Assembly (NCBI GenBank): GCA_040386535.1
Contig: JAZKFH010000037.1
Location: 74,430 to 138,429 of the forward strand
Source of the DNA: Myxococcota bacterium
Lineage (GTDB): Bacteria > Myxococcota_A > UBA796 > SXON01
DNA length: 64,000 nt
Direction: 5' to 3'
Each line of letters starts with the position of its first letter. Position 1 is the first letter of the stretch. The notes beneath the pieces are model-generated. The model saw only the letters and a list, made by a program, of their open reading frames with translations, ran no database searches and was not told where the DNA came from. Below, piece after piece: positions 8,476-18,018 of the stretch. Made by a program: the position numbers and the translations under genes.

Positions 8476-11400
8476 ATGATGCGCTTGACAATTCTCCTCC
8501 TTGCTGGGTTGGTCGGTCTCTCGGGCTGCGTCGACGACAAGGTCGACACGGGCGACACGGACGAGACCGGGACCAACCTGGACGACGCGGATGGAGACGG
8601 TGTCGGCGTCGAGACCGACTGTGACGACGAAGACGCGAGCATAGGGGGCCCGTCGGTGGTGTACGCCGATGCCGACGCGGACGGGTTCGGCGATCCCGGC
8701 GTGAGCGACACGGCGTGTGAGGTCGGCGCGGGCACCGCGGACAACGACCTCGACTGTGACGACACCAACGCCGCCGTGAACCCCGACGCCGCCGAGGTGT
8801 GTGACACGGCGAACCTGGACGAGGACTGTGACGGCGCCACCGACGACGACGACACGTCCGTCACCGGGCAGGTCGCGTACTACGCGGACTCCGATCTGGA
8901 CGGCTACGGCGACGACGCCGGCTCGCTCCTGAGCTGTGATGCGCCCGCGGGCTACGTCGTGGCGCCCGGCGACTGTGACGACACCTCGGCCCTGTTCAAC
9001 CCCGCGGCAGACGAGTCGGACTGCGCGGATCCCAACGACTACAACTGCGACGGCTCGACCGGTTTCGTGGACGCCGACGGAGACGGCTTTTCCGCCTGCC
9101 AGGAGTGTGACGACACCTCCGCGGACGTGAACCCCGGCGCCGAAGAGCTTTGCAACGGCATCGACGACAACTGCGACGGCGATGTCGACGGCGGCTCGAC
9201 CGGCACGGCCACCTGGTACACCGACGCGGACGGCGACGGCTTCGGTGACCTCGCCACCGCGGTCGACTCCTGCGAGGCGCCGATCGGCGCGGTCGCCAAC
9301 GGCGACGACTGTGACGACACGCGCGCGGGCGTGAACCCCGACGCCCTCGAGATCTGCGACGCCGCGGACACCGACGAGGACTGCGACGGCACGATCGACG
9401 ACGCCGATGCCTCCCTGTCCGACGCGCCCACCTGGTTCCTCGACAGCGACGGCGACGCCTACGGCGTCGAGGGCACCACCGTCGCCTCGTGCGACCAGCC
9501 CGCCGGCTATGTCGCCCTGGTCGGTGACTGTGACGACGCGGACACCGCCTACAACCCGGGCGCCGACGAGTCCGACTGCACGGACGCCAACGACTACAAC
9601 TGCGACGGCTCGACCGGCTTCGACGACGCCGATGCCGACGGCTTCGCCGCGTGCGAGGAGTGCAACGACGCCTCCGCCGCGACCTACCCCGGCGCCGACG
9701 AACTGTGCGACAGCGCGGACAACGACTGCGACGCCGAGATCGACGAGGGCGCCCTCGACGCGGCCACCTGGTACGCGGACGCCGACGAGGACGGCTACGG
9801 CGACGGCGCGATGGCGACCATGAGCTGCGCCGCGCCCACCGGCTACGTGGCGGACGCCACCGACTGTGACGACGGCGAGAGCCTCGTCCACCCCGGCGCG
9901 ATCGAGATCTGCGACGTCACCAACGTCGACGAGGACTGCGACACGCTCTCCGACGACGCCGACACGGGCGCGCTCGGCACGGCCACCTGGTACGCGGACA
10001 CCGACGGCGACGGCTTCGGCGACAACGCCGTCACCACCGAGAGCTGCGACGGCGCGGCCGGGTACGTGGCCGACTCCGACGACTGCGACGACACGCGGGC
10101 CTCGATCAACCCCGACGCCACCGAGATCTGCGACGACGCCGACACGGACGAGGACTGCGACGGCCTCTCCGACGACCTCGATCCCGACTCGACCGGCGGC
10201 GGCACCTGGTACGTCGACGCGGACGGCGACGGCTTCGGCGACAGCGCCGATCTCGGCGTCGAGTCCTGCGGCGCGCCCGCCGGCTACGTGGCCGACCACA
10301 CCGACTGTGACGACGCGGACGACAGCGTCACCACCGAGCGCACCTGGTACAGCGACCTGGACGGCGACGGCTTCGGCGACCCCGCCGTGATGGTGTCCGC
10401 GTGCGACGCGCCGGCCCTCACCGTGGCCGACGCGACCGACTGTGACGACACCCGCGCCGCCGTGAACCCGGCCGCCGTCGAGGTGTGCGACGCGCTCGAC
10501 ATGGACGAGGACTGCGACGCCCTCTCCGACGACGAGGACGCCTCGGTCTCCGACGCCCCCACCTGGTACGCGGATGTCGACGGCGACGCCTACGGCGAGA
10601 CCGACAGCACCATGGCCGCTTGCGACCAGCCCGAGGGCTACACCGCCCTCCCCGGCGACTGCAACGACGCCGACACGGCCTACAACCCCGGCGCGGTCGA
10701 GGACGACTGCGACGACGCCAACGACTACAACTGCGACGGCTCCGTGGCCTACACCGACGGCGACGGCGACGGCTTCGCCGCGTGCGCCGACTGCGACGAC
10801 TCGCGCGCGGACATCAACGTCGACGCCGACGAGGTCTGTGACGACGCGGACAACGATTGCGACGGCACGGTGGACGAAGCCGGCGCCCTCGACGCGGGCA
10901 CCTGGTACGCGGACATGGACGCGGACGGCTACGGCGACCTGACGACCGCCACGGGCAGCTGCGACGCGCCCTCCGGCTACGTCGGCAACGGCACGGATTG
11001 TGACGACGCCTCCAGCCTCGTCCACCCCGGCGCCACCGAGGTCTGCGACGACACGAACACCGACGAGGATTGCGACGCGCTCGCGGACGACGCCGACGGC
11101 TCGGTGGTCGGCCAGGCCACCCGCTACGCCGACGTGGACGGCGACGGCTACGGCGCCAGCTCCGACTCCGGCACGCTGACCTGCGAGACCCCCGCCGACA
11201 CCGTCCTGACCCACGACGACTGCAACGACGCCGTCGCCGCCGTGAACCCCGGCGCGACCGAGGTTTGCGACGCCGCGAACGTGGACGAGGACTGTGACGG
11301 CGCCTCCGACGACGCCGACACCGGCGCGGGCGGCGAGACCCTCTGGTACGTCGACAACGACGGCGACGGCTTCGGCGACGCCGACGGCGCCGGGCTCGCC

Positions 11401-14400
11401 GCGTGCGACCTGCCCGCCGGCTACGTCTCGAACAACACCGACTGTGACGACGCCTCCGCCGCCATCTCGCCCGCCGCCACCGAGATGTGCGACGCCGGCG
11501 ATGTCGACGAGGACTGCGACGGCGCCTCCGACGACGCCGACACCACCGCCACCGGCAAGAGCCCGTTCTACGCGGACGCCGACGGTGACACGTACGGCAG
11601 CGGCGCCGTGATGTTCTACTGCGACGCGCCCTCCGGCGCGGTCACGACCGCCACCGATTGTGACGACAGCCTGTCCAGCGTGAACCCCGGCGCCACCGAA
11701 GTGTGCGACGCGGCCAACACCGACGAGGATTGCGACGGCGCGGCCGACGACGCCGACGCCTCCGCCACCGGCGAGGGCACCTGGTACGCGGACGCGGACG
11801 GCGACGGCTACGGCTCGACCCTCAGCCCCGCGTTCTCGTACTGCGACGCGGCAGAAGGCTTCGTCGCGACCCGCGACGACTGCGACGACACGGTGAGCAC
11901 CGTGAACCCCGGCGCCGTCGAGATCTGCGACGCGCTCAACACGGACGAGGACTGTGACGGCTCGGCCGACGACGCCGACACCGCCGCGGCCTTCAAGACC
12001 CGCTACTACGACGACGCGGACGCCGACACCTACGGGGCCGCGTCCGATGCCGGCACGCTCTACTGCGACGCGGTCGCCGGCCTCACGACCAACCACACCG
12101 ACTGTGACGACGGGATGAGCGACGTCAACCCGGCCGCGGTCGAGACCTGCAACGAGATCGACGACAACTGCGACGGCTCGGTGGACAACGCCGCGGTCGA
12201 TGCCGGCACGTTCTACGCGGACGCCGACGGGGACGGCTTCGGGGACATGGACGAGAGCGCGATGGCGTGCTCCCAGCCCGACGGCTTCGTCGCGGACGAC
12301 ACCGACTGTGACGACACCACGGACGCCGTGAACCCCGACGCGATCGAGTCCTGCAACGGCGAGGACGACGACTGCGACGGCACGGTCGACGAGGACGCCA
12401 CCGATTTCGTGACCTGGTACGCGGACATGGACGTCGACGGCTACGGCGACGCCGGCATGAGCGAGTTCACCTGCGAGATGCCCGAGGGCTACGTCGCCGA
12501 TGACACCGACTGTGACGACGCGGCCGCCGCCATCAACCCCGGCGCGGCCGAGATCTGCGACGCCGCGAACGTGGACGAGGACTGTGACGGCGCGGCCGAC
12601 GACGCCGACACCGCGGCGGCCTTCAAGAGCCGCTACTACCCGGACGCCGACACGGACGGCTACGGCGACGCGGCCGACGCCGGCGCGCTGTACTGCGACG
12701 CGCCCGCCATGGGCGTGATGGACCACACCGACTGTGACGACGCCGCCGCGGCCGTGCACCCCGGCGCCGCCGAGGTCTGCAACGAGACCGACGACGACTG
12801 CGACGGCGCGGTGGACGAGGACGCGGTCGACAGGTCGACCTTCTACGCCGACTCCGACATGGACAGCTACGGCGACGCAGCCGAGCCCGCGCTGGCGTGC
12901 TCCCTCGAGGCGGGCTTCTCGGCCGACGCGACCGACTGTGACGACACGGTCGCGACGACGTACCCGGGCGCCCCCGATACCTGCAACGGCGAGGACGACG
13001 ACTGTGACGGCGCCATCGACGAGGACGGGATCTACGGCACGCCCTGGTTCGCCGACATGGACGGGGACGGGTACGGCGTCATGACCGAGATCACCGTCGT
13101 GGCGTGCGCGGCGCCCGAGGGCTACTCGGGCACCTTCGGGGACTGTGACGACGCCGCCGCGGCGGTGAACCCCGGCGCCGCCGAGGTCTGCGACGCCGCC
13201 GACACCGACGAGGACTGCGACGGCCTCACGGACGACGCGGACGCCTCCGTCACCGGCCAGTCGAGCTGGTACCCGGACGCGGACGGCGACGGCTACGGTG
13301 TCTCGGACGGCGCGGTCATGCGTTGCGACGAGCCCGGGGGCTACGGCGCGGACGCCACCGATTGTGACGACGACTCCGCCGCGGTTTACCCGGGCGCGGA
13401 GGAGGTTTGTGACGATGGGGTGGTGAATGATTGTGATGCAGCCACCGACGGGTCGGAGTGCCTGTTCGACGGGCAGTCCTCCGCGTCCACCGCGGACATC
13501 ACGCTCACCGGGCTCGTGGGGGCCGACGCGTTCGGCACCTCGATGGCGGGCGCGGACGTGAACGGCGACGGGATCGGGGACCTCGCGATCTCGGCGTACG
13601 GCTACGATCGTGGTGCCACCGCCAACGCAGGCGGCACCTGGATCTTCCTCGGGCCGCTGGACGGCACCGAGACCCTCGCGACCGCGGATGCCACGATCCA
13701 GGGCAACCTCGCCGGCGACCGCCTGGGCTTCTCGATCGCCAACCTCGGCGATTCGGACGCGGACGGTTTCGACGAGCTGCTCCTGGGCGCGGACGGCTGG
13801 AACAGCCCGACCACCGACGCCGGTGGCGCGTTCATCTTCGACCATGCCTCCACGGGCACGATCCTCGTCGCCAGCGCGGTCGCGACCATCAGCGGTGACA
13901 CCACGTTGGACTTCACGGGCACGGACGTGGCGGGCCCCGGCGACGTGAGCGGGGACGGCATCCCCGACGCGGTCATCGGCGCGTTCGGCCGAGACACGGC
14001 GGGCTCGTCCGCGGGCACCGTGGGCCTGTTCAGCGGCCCCGTCTCCGGCACGATGAGCTTCACGACGGCGGACGTCCTCATCCAGGGCGGCGCCGCGGGA
14101 GACAACCTCGGCTGGAGCGTGGACGCGGCGGGCGACATCGACGGCGACGGCACCAACGAGTTCATCGCGGGTGCGTACGGCGCCGACCCCGCCAGCATGT
14201 CGTTGGCGGGTGCGGCCTACATCTTCGGCGGCATCTCGATCTCCGGCTCGGCGGAGAGCGAGCACTACACGAAGATCACCGGCTCCACCGCCGGCGATGA
14301 GCTCGGCTACGCGGTCGCCGGCGCGGGTGACGTGAACGACGACGGCTACGACGACGTGCTCCTCGGCGCCCACAAGTACGACGTGGGTGCGCTGGCCGAC

Positions 14401-14886
14401 GCGGGCGCCGCCTACCTGTTCCTCGGCTCCGCCGAGTGGATCCCCTCGGGCGACGCCTCGACCGCGGACGCCATCTTCACCGGGTCCTCCACCACCGACA
14501 TGTTGGGCCACAACCTCGGCGCCGGCGGCGACGTGAACCAGGACGGCTACACCGACCTGCTCCTCGGCGCGGGCGGGTGGGATGCCGCTACCGGCGCCTC
14601 CAACGCGGGCGCGATGTTCCTCATCTACGGGCCCGTCACCGGGACCGTGGCGATGGGGAGCTACGGTGCCGCGGGCGGCGAGAACGCGACCTTCTACGGC
14701 ATCGCGGCGAGCGACGGGCTCGGCGGCGTCGTCACCACCGGCAACGCCTCGGCCAAGACCCTCGACATCGTCCCCGACCTCGACAACGACGGCTACGACG
14801 ACATCGTCGGCGGCGCCCGCAGCGTCGACAACGGCGCGACGACCAACGTGGGCGCGGCCTACATCTGGTTCGGCGGCGGCATCTAG
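8476..14886 (+). CDS. Giant surface lipoprotein (about 2140 aa): many Cys/Asp putative metal-binding (MopE-like) repeats plus C-terminal FG-GAP beta-propeller
   Basis: MMRLTILLLAGLVGLSGC lipobox; recurring WYADADGDGYG...DCDD...NPGA.E.CD..DEDCDG; GDVNGDG..DL.IGA...GAAY repeats from about 13500. Confidence 0.9.
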   Translation: MMRLTILLLAGLVGLSGCVDDKVDTGDTDETGTNLDDADGDGVGVETDCDDEDASIGGPSVVYADADADGFGDPGVSDTACEVGAGTADNDLDCDDTNAAVNPDAAEVCDTANLDEDCDGATDDDDTSVTGQVAYYADSDLDGYGDDAGSLLSCDAPAGYVVAPGDCDDTSALFNPAADESDCADPNDYNCDGSTGFVDADGDGFSACQECDDTSADVNPGAEELCNGIDDNCDGDVDGGSTGTATWYTDADGDGFGDLATAVDSCEAPIGAVANGDDCDDTRAGVNPDALEICDAADTDEDCDGTIDDADASLSDAPTWFLDSDGDAYGVEGTTVASCDQPAGYVALVGDCDDADTAYNPGADESDCTDANDYNCDGSTGFDDADADGFAACEECNDASAATYPGADELCDSADNDCDAEIDEGALDAATWYADADEDGYGDGAMATMSCAAPTGYVADATDCDDGESLVHPGAIEICDVTNVDEDCDTLSDDADTGALGTATWYADTDGDGFGDNAVTTESCDGAAGYVADSDDCDDTRASINPDATEICDDADTDEDCDGLSDDLDPDSTGGGTWYVDADGDGFGDSADLGVESCGAPAGYVADHTDCDDADDSVTTERTWYSDLDGDGFGDPAVMVSACDAPALTVADATDCDDTRAAVNPAAVEVCDALDMDEDCDALSDDEDASVSDAPTWYADVDGDAYGETDSTMAACDQPEGYTALPGDCNDADTAYNPGAVEDDCDDANDYNCDGSVAYTDGDGDGFAACADCDDSRADINVDADEVCDDADNDCDGTVDEAGALDAGTWYADMDADGYGDLTTATGSCDAPSGYVGNGTDCDDASSLVHPGATEVCDDTNTDEDCDALADDADGSVVGQATRYADVDGDGYGASSDSGTLTCETPADTVLTHDDCNDAVAAVNPGATEVCDAANVDEDCDGASDDADTGAGGETLWYVDNDGDGFGDADGAGLAACDLPAGYVSNNTDCDDASAAISPAATEMCDAGDVDEDCDGASDDADTTATGKSPFYADADGDTYGSGAVMFYCDAPSGAVTTATDCDDSLSSVNPGATEVCDAANTDEDCDGAADDADASATGEGTWYADADGDGYGSTLSPAFSYCDAAEGFVATRDDCDDTVSTVNPGAVEICDALNTDEDCDGSADDADTAAAFKTRYYDDADADTYGAASDAGTLYCDAVAGLTTNHTDCDDGMSDVNPAAVETCNEIDDNCDGSVDNAAVDAGTFYADADGDGFGDMDESAMACSQPDGFVADDTDCDDTTDAVNPDAIESCNGEDDDCDGTVDEDATDFVTWYADMDVDGYGDAGMSEFTCEMPEGYVADDTDCDDAAAAINPGAAEICDAANVDEDCDGAADDADTAAAFKSRYYPDADTDGYGDAADAGALYCDAPAMGVMDHTDCDDAAAAVHPGAAEVCNETDDDCDGAVDEDAVDRSTFYADSDMDSYGDAAEPALACSLEAGFSADATDCDDTVATTYPGAPDTCNGEDDDCDGAIDEDGIYGTPWFADMDGDGYGVMTEITVVACAAPEGYSGTFGDCDDAAAAVNPGAAEVCDAADTDEDCDGLTDDADASVTGQSSWYPDADGDGYGVSDGAVMRCDEPGGYGADATDCDDDSAAVYPGAEEVCDDGVVNDCDAATDGSECLFDGQSSASTADITLTGLVGADAFGTSMAGADVNGDGIGDLAISAYGYDRGATANAGGTWIFLGPLDGTETLATADATIQGNLAGDRLGFSIANLGDSDADGFDELLLGADGWNSPTTDAGGAFIFDHASTGTILVASAVATISGDTTLDFTGTDVAGPGDVSGDGIPDAVIGAFGRDTAGSSAGTVGLFSGPVSGTMSFTTADVLIQGGAAGDNLGWSVDAAGDIDGDGTNEFIAGAYGADPASMSLAGAAYIFGGISISGSAESEHYTKITGSTAGDELGYAVAGAGDVNDDGYDDVLLGAHKYDVGALADAGAAYLFLGSAEWIPSGDASTADAIFTGSSTTDMLGHNLGAGGDVNQDGYTDLLLGAGGWDAATGASNAGAMFLIYGPVTGTVAMGSYGAAGGENATFYGIAASDGLGGVVTTGNASAKTLDIVPDLDNDGYDDIVGGARSVDNGATTNVGAAYIWFGGGI

Positions 14887-14900
14887 CCCACGGGACTCCC

Positions 14901-15725
14901 ATGCACGACCTCGACGCGACGCGCCGCAGCTGGAACGTCGCCACCCGCAACCACAACGCGCACAAGGGTGACCAGGTTGCGTTCTTCCGGGAGGGGGGCG
15001 ATGTCCTCTTCCCGGAAGAGCTCGAGCTCCTCGGAGAGCTCGGCGGCGTCGCGGTCGTGCACCTGCAGTGCAACGCCGGCCAGGACACCCTCGGCCTGGC
15101 CCGGCGCGGCGCCCTCGTCACGGGCGTCGATCTGTCCGACGAGGCCGTCGCCTTCGCGCGGGCCCTCTCGGCCGGCTCGGGCATCCCCGCCACCTTCGTG
15201 GAGGCGGACGTTGTCGCGTGGATGCAGACGACGCCCGAGCGCTTCGACGTGGCCTTCAGCAGCTATGGCGCCGCTCCGTGGCTGCCCGACCTCGCGGCCT
15301 GGGCCAGCGGCATCGCGCGCGTCCTCAACGACGGAGGTCGCTTCGTCTACGTCGAGTTCCACCCCCTCGTGTGGAGCTTCGGCGGCGACCTGCGCCTGTC
15401 GCGCGACGACTACTTCCAGGCCACCCCCTTCGTCGAGCCCGTGGGCGACTACGTGGCGGCGTCGGGTGCCGGCCTGGGCGCGGTGACACCCGCCACCACG
15501 GTGGCGAACACGGTGCCCGCCCAGTCCTGGCAACACGGCCTCGGTGACTTCGTCACCGCGCTCGCCGCCGCCGGCCTGCGCGTCGAGCTGGTGCGCGAGT
15601 ACCCCCACAGCAACGGCTGCAAGGTCATCGACGCCCTGGTGCCTGCCGACGGGCGCCGGTGGGTGTGGCCGGAGGGGACGGCCAGGGTGCCGTTGATGTT
15701 CGGGTTGGTGGCGCGGAAGGGGTAG
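14901..15725 (+). CDS. Class I SAM-dependent methyltransferase
   Basis: ATG 14901 (MHDLDATRRSWN); HLQCNAGQDTL, GVDLS, FDVAFSSYG, LNDGGRFVYVEFHP. Confidence 0.88.
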   Translation: MHDLDATRRSWNVATRNHNAHKGDQVAFFREGGDVLFPEELELLGELGGVAVVHLQCNAGQDTLGLARRGALVTGVDLSDEAVAFARALSAGSGIPATFVEADVVAWMQTTPERFDVAFSSYGAAPWLPDLAAWASGIARVLNDGGRFVYVEFHPLVWSFGGDLRLSRDDYFQATPFVEPVGDYVAASGAGLGAVTPATTVANTVPAQSWQHGLGDFVTALAAAGLRVELVREYPHSNGCKVIDALVPADGRRWVWPEGTARVPLMFGLVARKG

Positions 15726-15767
15726 GGCGGGCTGAACGGTGGCGTCGTGAGGCGTTAGCAATGGGGT

Positions 15768-17318
15768 ATGTCGTACCCGCTGCGGGCTCTGGTCGACGGC
15801 CTGGTCCGGCTGGTCGACACGGTCGACGGGCCCGAGGACCCCGCGTGCCTGGACGTGCTTGCTGCGCTGTGTGTGGCGGCTGTGGACCTGAAGGCGTGGG
15901 GCAAGCTCGAGTGCGGCACCGGCGGCAAGTGGCGCCACGAGCCCGTGGACGGGATCCGGCAAGCGGTCGACGCGGTTCGTGCCATCGACGGCCACGATTG
16001 CAGCGCCGCGTACACCACCATCGTCCGCGCGCTCATGGGTTTCGAGCGTGCCCTCACCAACATGGCCCTGGAGCCCGACGCGGCGGGCGTGCTGACCGTA
16101 GACGGGATCTGGGCCGGCATCCCGAGGCTGCGGGGTGAGGTGCGGTGGTGGCTCCGCCCGCGGTCGTTGTGGGGCGATGTCCTCGCGGAGGACCAGCGGA
16201 GGACGCGCCGGAACGTCTACGCCCTGCCGCCGCATCGGCTTCTCCGCCGCATCGGCTTCGACTGGCGCCGGGACGGCGGCTTCGGCGATCCGGTCGGGTG
16301 CGACCCGACGTTGGGTGACCCCTACGCGGTGGCCGTGCAGCGCGTTCGCGACGGCTCGCCGTACCTCGACAGTGGCCTCCGCGTGGTGCTTCATCCCCTC
16401 CAGCCGGATCTCTGGCCCTGGTTCCACCTCGTCGACCTGCCCGAGCGCTTGGTCGTGGACGTGCACGCCGACCGCTACAACGATGTCCCGGCCCTCGAAC
16501 AGGCGCTCACGGACGCGGTCGCCGGGGCCCGGGTCTCCGCGGACCCGCAGCTGCTGGTGTTTCCAGAGCTGATGGTGGACGAGAGGGCGCGTATCGGTGT
16601 CCGTGCGGCGGTCCGGTCGGAGGGCGGGCCGGTGTTCGGCGTGTTCGCGGGCAGCGCCCACCTCACGCTGTCCGACGGGACGCGCGTCAGCCAGGCGCTG
16701 GTGCTCGATCAGGCTGGTGCGCCGTGGTGGACGCACCACAAGCGGGGGAGCTTCCGGTGCGTCGGCCGGAGCATCGTTGTCGCCCGAGGCGAAAACCGCA
16801 TGTTCGTTCCGCAGGACATCGAGGTCGACGAGGCGGCTGACTACCACGAGGCCTTCGCCGAAGGCACGTGCCTGCGCTTCTGCGACACGACGCTCGGGCG
16901 GCTTGTCGTGCTCGTATGCTCGGACCTTCTCGACGACCGCGCGTGGAGCACCGCGATCGATCAGCTGGAGCCGGACTTCCTCGTTGTCGTGTCCATGTCC
17001 GATCGCGCCGCCCGCTTCCTCGACCGCGCAAAGGCCCTTGCGGAAGAGCGAGGCGTCAGCACGCTCTACGTGAATGCGGCGTGCGACACGCGCGCGGGAG
17101 GGGACGGACCTCCGGACCGCGATGTCCTGGCGTTCGCGCACCTCGCGGTCGAGGATTCAGCCGACCGGCCCGCGCGGATCTGCTGGCGCAACGGCCGCGG
17201 ACTCGAGCGCTGGGACCACAAGAAGGGCGGCTGGGTGACGCTCTCCGGCAGCGCGTCAACGGGCCTGGAAGGGGAGGGGATGTGGATCGACCTTGGCGCC
17301 TTCTTGTCGAACCGATGA
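15768..17318 (+). CDS. Divergent carbon-nitrogen hydrolase (nitrilase-fold) protein with unknown N-terminal half
   Basis: LLVFPEL (catalytic Glu), WTHHKR (Lys), GRLVVLVCSDL (Cys) and LYVNA in the correct order in the C-terminal half. Confidence 0.72.
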   Translation: MSYPLRALVDGLVRLVDTVDGPEDPACLDVLAALCVAAVDLKAWGKLECGTGGKWRHEPVDGIRQAVDAVRAIDGHDCSAAYTTIVRALMGFERALTNMALEPDAAGVLTVDGIWAGIPRLRGEVRWWLRPRSLWGDVLAEDQRRTRRNVYALPPHRLLRRIGFDWRRDGGFGDPVGCDPTLGDPYAVAVQRVRDGSPYLDSGLRVVLHPLQPDLWPWFHLVDLPERLVVDVHADRYNDVPALEQALTDAVAGARVSADPQLLVFPELMVDERARIGVRAAVRSEGGPVFGVFAGSAHLTLSDGTRVSQALVLDQAGAPWWTHHKRGSFRCVGRSIVVARGENRMFVPQDIEVDEAADYHEAFAEGTCLRFCDTTLGRLVVLVCSDLLDDRAWSTAIDQLEPDFLVVVSMSDRAARFLDRAKALAEERGVSTLYVNAACDTRAGGDGPPDRDVLAFAHLAVEDSADRPARICWRNGRGLERWDHKKGGWVTLSGSASTGLEGEGMWIDLGAFLSNR

Positions 17319-17367
17319 GAAGGTGAATACTGTTCTCACATCAGCAAGCTAAGTGGAGACAAAGCGA

Positions 17368-18018
17368 ATGCAGCCCCTACCCTCCGCAGAACCCGAACGC
17401 CTCGCGGAGCAGCTCCGGGACGCCGTCGTCGCGGGGCAGTCCCCCCGGCGCTTCGTCCGTGCCGTGCTCGCGGACGTGTGGCGTGGTGTTCACCTCGGCG
17501 ATTCTGCCGCCGCCGGACGCTGGCGCAACGCGATCGCCCGGTTCGGCGCGGATGCCCGCGAGCATGAGGAGGTGCGCCGGCTCGACGAGGTGCTGGAGGT
17601 AGCCTGTACGTCGCTGCGGGACGGCCGCGTGGGCCCCGCGGAGCGGCGGCTGGCGTCCGATCTTCGGCCAATCCTCCAGGTTTTGTGGGAGCGCCGGGGG
17701 GAGCCGCAGAGCCGCGCGGATCTCTTCCGGCTGCTTGCGGAGCAGGAACGGTGGTCCTCGGCGGGCACGCTCTCGTATCCCCTGGAGCAGCTGGCGGACG
17801 CGGAGATGGTCCTGCTCACGACGCGTACGCGCCAGGGCGGCGCGGCCACGAGGCACTACTCGTTGAGCGCGCTCGGGGTGCGCGCGTGCATGGAAGCCGG
17901 GCTCGTACGCGCGGTGCAGGAGGCGCCTGTCCGAGCGAAGTCGGGCGCGATGGCGACACTGCAGCGAGCCGCCAACCAGTCGAAGTTCTTCATCGACGAA
18001 TACCGCCTCCGCGCATGA
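17368..18018 (+). CDS. Hypothetical protein with PadR-like winged helix-turn-helix in the C-terminal half
   Basis: ILQVLW...SRADLF...SAGTLSYPLEQLADAEMV...RHYSLSALG resembles the PadR/wHTH pattern; GGAGA RBS before ATG 17368 (alternative GTG 17353); stop overlaps the next ATG (ATGA). Confidence 0.6.
   Translation: MQPLPSAEPERLAEQLRDAVVAGQSPRRFVRAVLADVWRGVHLGDSAAAGRWRNAIARFGADAREHEEVRRLDEVLEVACTSLRDGRVGPAERRLASDLRPILQVLWERRGEPQSRADLFRLLAEQERWSSAGTLSYPLEQLADAEMVLLTTRTRQGGAATRHYSLSALGVRACMEAGLVRAVQEAPVRAKSGAMATLQRAANQSKFFIDEYRLRA

Noticed and set aside
8560..13440. Regularly recurring DNA motifs (GACTGTGACGAC, GACGGCGACGGC) resembling a CRISPR or DGR repeat array
   Set aside because: They are in-frame protein repeats with synonymous variation; no constant repeat-spacer period, no cas genes and no reverse transcriptase.
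6994..14511. 2505-aa minus-strand ORF
   Set aside because: Codon-aligned antisense shadow of the giant Asp-rich gene (GAC read as GTC gives Val/Ala/Gly-rich text); no motifs.
17685..18014. N-terminal extension of the 795-aa ORF called at 17685
   Set aside because: It overlaps the wHTH gene; the ParA domain begins at ATG 18015, which overlaps the upstream stop (ATGA). Similar over-extended starts were trimmed for ORFs called at 14436, 22380, 24219, 26423, 27232, 34073, 47432, 53021 and 58675.
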